From a virus: a DNA stretch of 40,095 nt. The DNA lies in the IMG/VR virus record IMGVR_UViG_3300044274_000136, positions 1 through 40,095 of that record. One strand, written 5' to 3'. The notes beneath the pieces are model-generated. The model saw only the letters and a program-made list of their open reading frames with translations. It made no database searches and had not been told where the DNA came from. Below, piece by piece: positions 38,667 through 40,095 of the stretch. Positions within the stretch are counted from its first letter, which is position 1. The number at the start of each line of letters is the position of its first letter. Both the position numbers and the translations under genes were made by a program.

Positions 38667-39217
38667 CGACTACTAGAGAAGAAAAACAACATATGGCATT
38701 AGTAGCTAGTCTAGGTTGCATAGTGTGTAAGAACTTAGGCTACACTAACCATAAGGTTGAGCTACACCATATCAGAGATGGGTATGGTGTAGGGCAGAGA
38801 GCTAGTAACTTTGAAGTGATCCCTCTCTGTCCTATACATTATAGAACGGGTTTAAAAGCCGATAAAACAGGCAAGACGCACTTTGGCTATCATCAGTCAC
38901 CAGAAGACTTTGAGATAGCTTATGGCAAAGAGAGAGACTTGCTAGAGCAGGTTATGGGAATGGTGAGAACTGTTAAGAGCCAACGTTTAGCAATGAAGCA
39001 TCAACATTATAGCTATAGCGCAGATAAAAGTGTTGATTTAAGAAAAATACATAACAATCACTTAAAAAACATATTACTTGGCATTGAAGAGCAAGCAAAA
39101 AAAGGCATACAAGACAACAAGGGTGATATGATTTATGGTGATGATGTCAAAGCTTTTAGGCAATATGCTGTTTATGAAATTGAAGCCAGAAGGCGAGGCA
39201 TATTGCATCAGGTTTAA
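38663..39217 (+). CDS. HNH-type nuclease of the Ref / DUF968 kind (RecA-dependent-nuclease-like)
   Basis: HMALVASLGCIVCKN..VELHHIRDGYGVGQRASNFEVIPLCPIHYRTG matches the Cys/His pattern of that family. Confidence 0.65.
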   Translation: MTTTREEKQHMALVASLGCIVCKNLGYTNHKVELHHIRDGYGVGQRASNFEVIPLCPIHYRTGLKADKTGKTHFGYHQSPEDFEIAYGKERDLLEQVMGMVRTVKSQRLAMKHQHYSYSADKSVDLRKIHNNHLKNILLGIEEQAKKGIQDNKGDMIYGDDVKAFRQYAVYEIEARRRGILHQV

Positions 39218-39234
39218 ATAGAAAGGTAATAAAA

Positions 39235-39495
39235 ATGATTATGATTTGTGATAATAAAGAAAACAGAGTAAAGCACTTTGTTGACGAGATTTGCAAAGCT
39301 TTAAACGAGAGGCGAGAAGCCAACATAATATTAGCAGATCTTTTAAAGCAGGCTGAAAGTGAAGGCTTTGATAAAAAGGCTTTACATCAAGTAGCAAGAG
39401 AACAATTCAAAATATCTCAAGATGACGAATTGCAAGCTGAGCTGAATCAACAACGCAATTTAGAAGAGATCTATCGTCAGGCTTTGCAAGAATGA
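39235..39495 (+). CDS. GapR-like DUF2312 DNA-binding protein
   Basis: LLKQAESEGFDKKALHQVAREQFK...LEEIYRQAL parallels Caulobacter GapR (VYAEAKGNGFDVKVLKKVVRIRK...ILDLYLSAIG). Confidence 0.7.
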   Translation: MIMICDNKENRVKHFVDEICKALNERREANIILADLLKQAESEGFDKKALHQVAREQFKISQDDELQAELNQQRNLEEIYRQALQE

Positions 39496-39983
39496 TTTTA
39501 GGTGTTGATATTGGCAACAAGGGTGCAATGTCTATTATTGACGGCAATCGAATAGTTGCTGTTTTTGATGTACCATTAATTAACGAATCAATATATCGTA
39601 ATAAGGGGGGCAAGCCTGCCCCTATTTTAGATATTAAAGAGGTTAATAAGTGCTTACCTAAAGTAAAGTTTGCTGTTATAGAAGAACCAATAACACCCTT
39701 TAATAAAACATCGCAATGTATAATTAACGCATGTAAGCGTAGTATGGGTTTTGGTATGTGGCTTTCTTATTTTAAATTAAAGGATATACCTTTTTACACT
39801 GTAAAGCCTGCCACATGGAAAAAAGCACTAGGAATATCTAAAGATAAGCAAGCATCTATAGACGCTTGTTATAATATTTTTGGAGAAAGTGCTAAGGAAT
39901 TCATTACCTCAAAAAGCCATGATGGCAGGGCAGAGGCTAGTATAATAGCATGGTATGGTTTAAAATGTTTAGATTTAAAATAG
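39492..39983 (+). CDS. RuvC-like Holliday junction resolvase
   Basis: MILGVDIGNKGA (Asp), FAVIEEP (Glu) and SHDGRAEASIIAWYG (Asp) match the RuvC-fold catalytic layout. The stop lies inside the terminal overlap. Confidence 0.75.
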   Translation: MILGVDIGNKGAMSIIDGNRIVAVFDVPLINESIYRNKGGKPAPILDIKEVNKCLPKVKFAVIEEPITPFNKTSQCIINACKRSMGFGMWLSYFKLKDIPFYTVKPATWKKALGISKDKQASIDACYNIFGESAKEFITSKSHDGRAEASIIAWYGLKCLDLK

Positions 39984-40095
39984 CTGAACGCTACAATAAA
40001 AAGTGCATGGCTTACTGTGCTAAAAACGACTATTCTAATGCCTTAAAGGTTTGCAAAAAAGCAGTCAAGGTATGCCCTAGTTATCCATACACGTA
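39969..40095. repeat. Second copy of the terminal overlap (same as 1-127)
   Basis: Direct reading; contains the RuvC-like stop codon (39981-39983) and the 5' end of the TPR-1 gene. Confidence 0.95.

Noticed and set aside
36033-39613. Minus-strand track ORFs 36033-36224, 37225-37407, 38325-38507 and 39407-39613
   Set aside because: They are antisense to the initiator, the 37221 gene, erf and the GapR-like/RuvC-like genes, with no independent support.
1-40095. Integrase, transposase or attP; tRNA, rRNA or tmRNA genes
   Set aside because: No ORF shows tyrosine- or serine-recombinase or DDE motifs. No intergenic segment shows tRNA-like T-arm or acceptor features on inspection. This absence is reported as an observation, not proof.
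39969-40095. Biological direct terminal repeat (DTR) of the virion DNA
   Set aside because: The length is exactly 127 nt and the repeat cuts through two coding regions, which fits an assembler k-mer overlap on a circular or circularly permuted genome. It cannot be fully excluded without reads.

Overview
The first 127 nt recur verbatim as the last 127 nt, so this window is a closed circle of 39,968 bp. It is a complete, visibly AT-rich genome of a contractile-tailed (myovirus-type) dsDNA phage or phage-like element. Almost all genes are on the + strand. The order is: accessory/early genes (39-3901: four TPR-only proteins, HTH paralogs, a deaminase fusion); baseplate and tail fibres (4115-12152); holin/spanin lysis cassette (12764-13329); a DUF2829/Tad2-like gene; terminase and portal (13647-16734); a 3.1-kb island of small genes (16750-19840); head genes (19881-25547); sheath, tube, frameshifted chaperone and tape measure (25544-30352); a regulatory region with minus-strand XRE regulators, small membrane proteins and structured non-coding elements (30700-34923); and a replication/recombination module (34924-39983) with an iteron origin inside the initiator gene, Erf, a Ref-like HNH nuclease, a GapR-like protein and a RuvC-like resolvase. 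I saw no integrase, transposase, partition gene, tRNA, rRNA or CRISPR array. Five things look most unusual. (1) A family of 7-8 near-identical promoter/palindrome/leader cassettes is scattered round the genome, including inside the structural operon. (2) A module of cassette promoter, TPR-only protein and a pair of overlapping sub-60-aa membrane/exported peptide genes occurs twice. (3) A dCMP-deaminase-like domain is fused to a DUF5664-like nucleotide-hydrolase-associated domain. (4) The switch region is RNA-rich, with a promoter-to-terminator sRNA unit and a consensus promoter whose terminator abuts the next start codon. (5) The lysis cassette has no recognisable endolysin. GapR/DUF2312-like, XRE and WxPIxTAPK-type motifs suggest an AT-rich alphaproteobacterial host, but that is inference only. 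All functional calls rest on motif recognition and gene order by eye; no searches were run.
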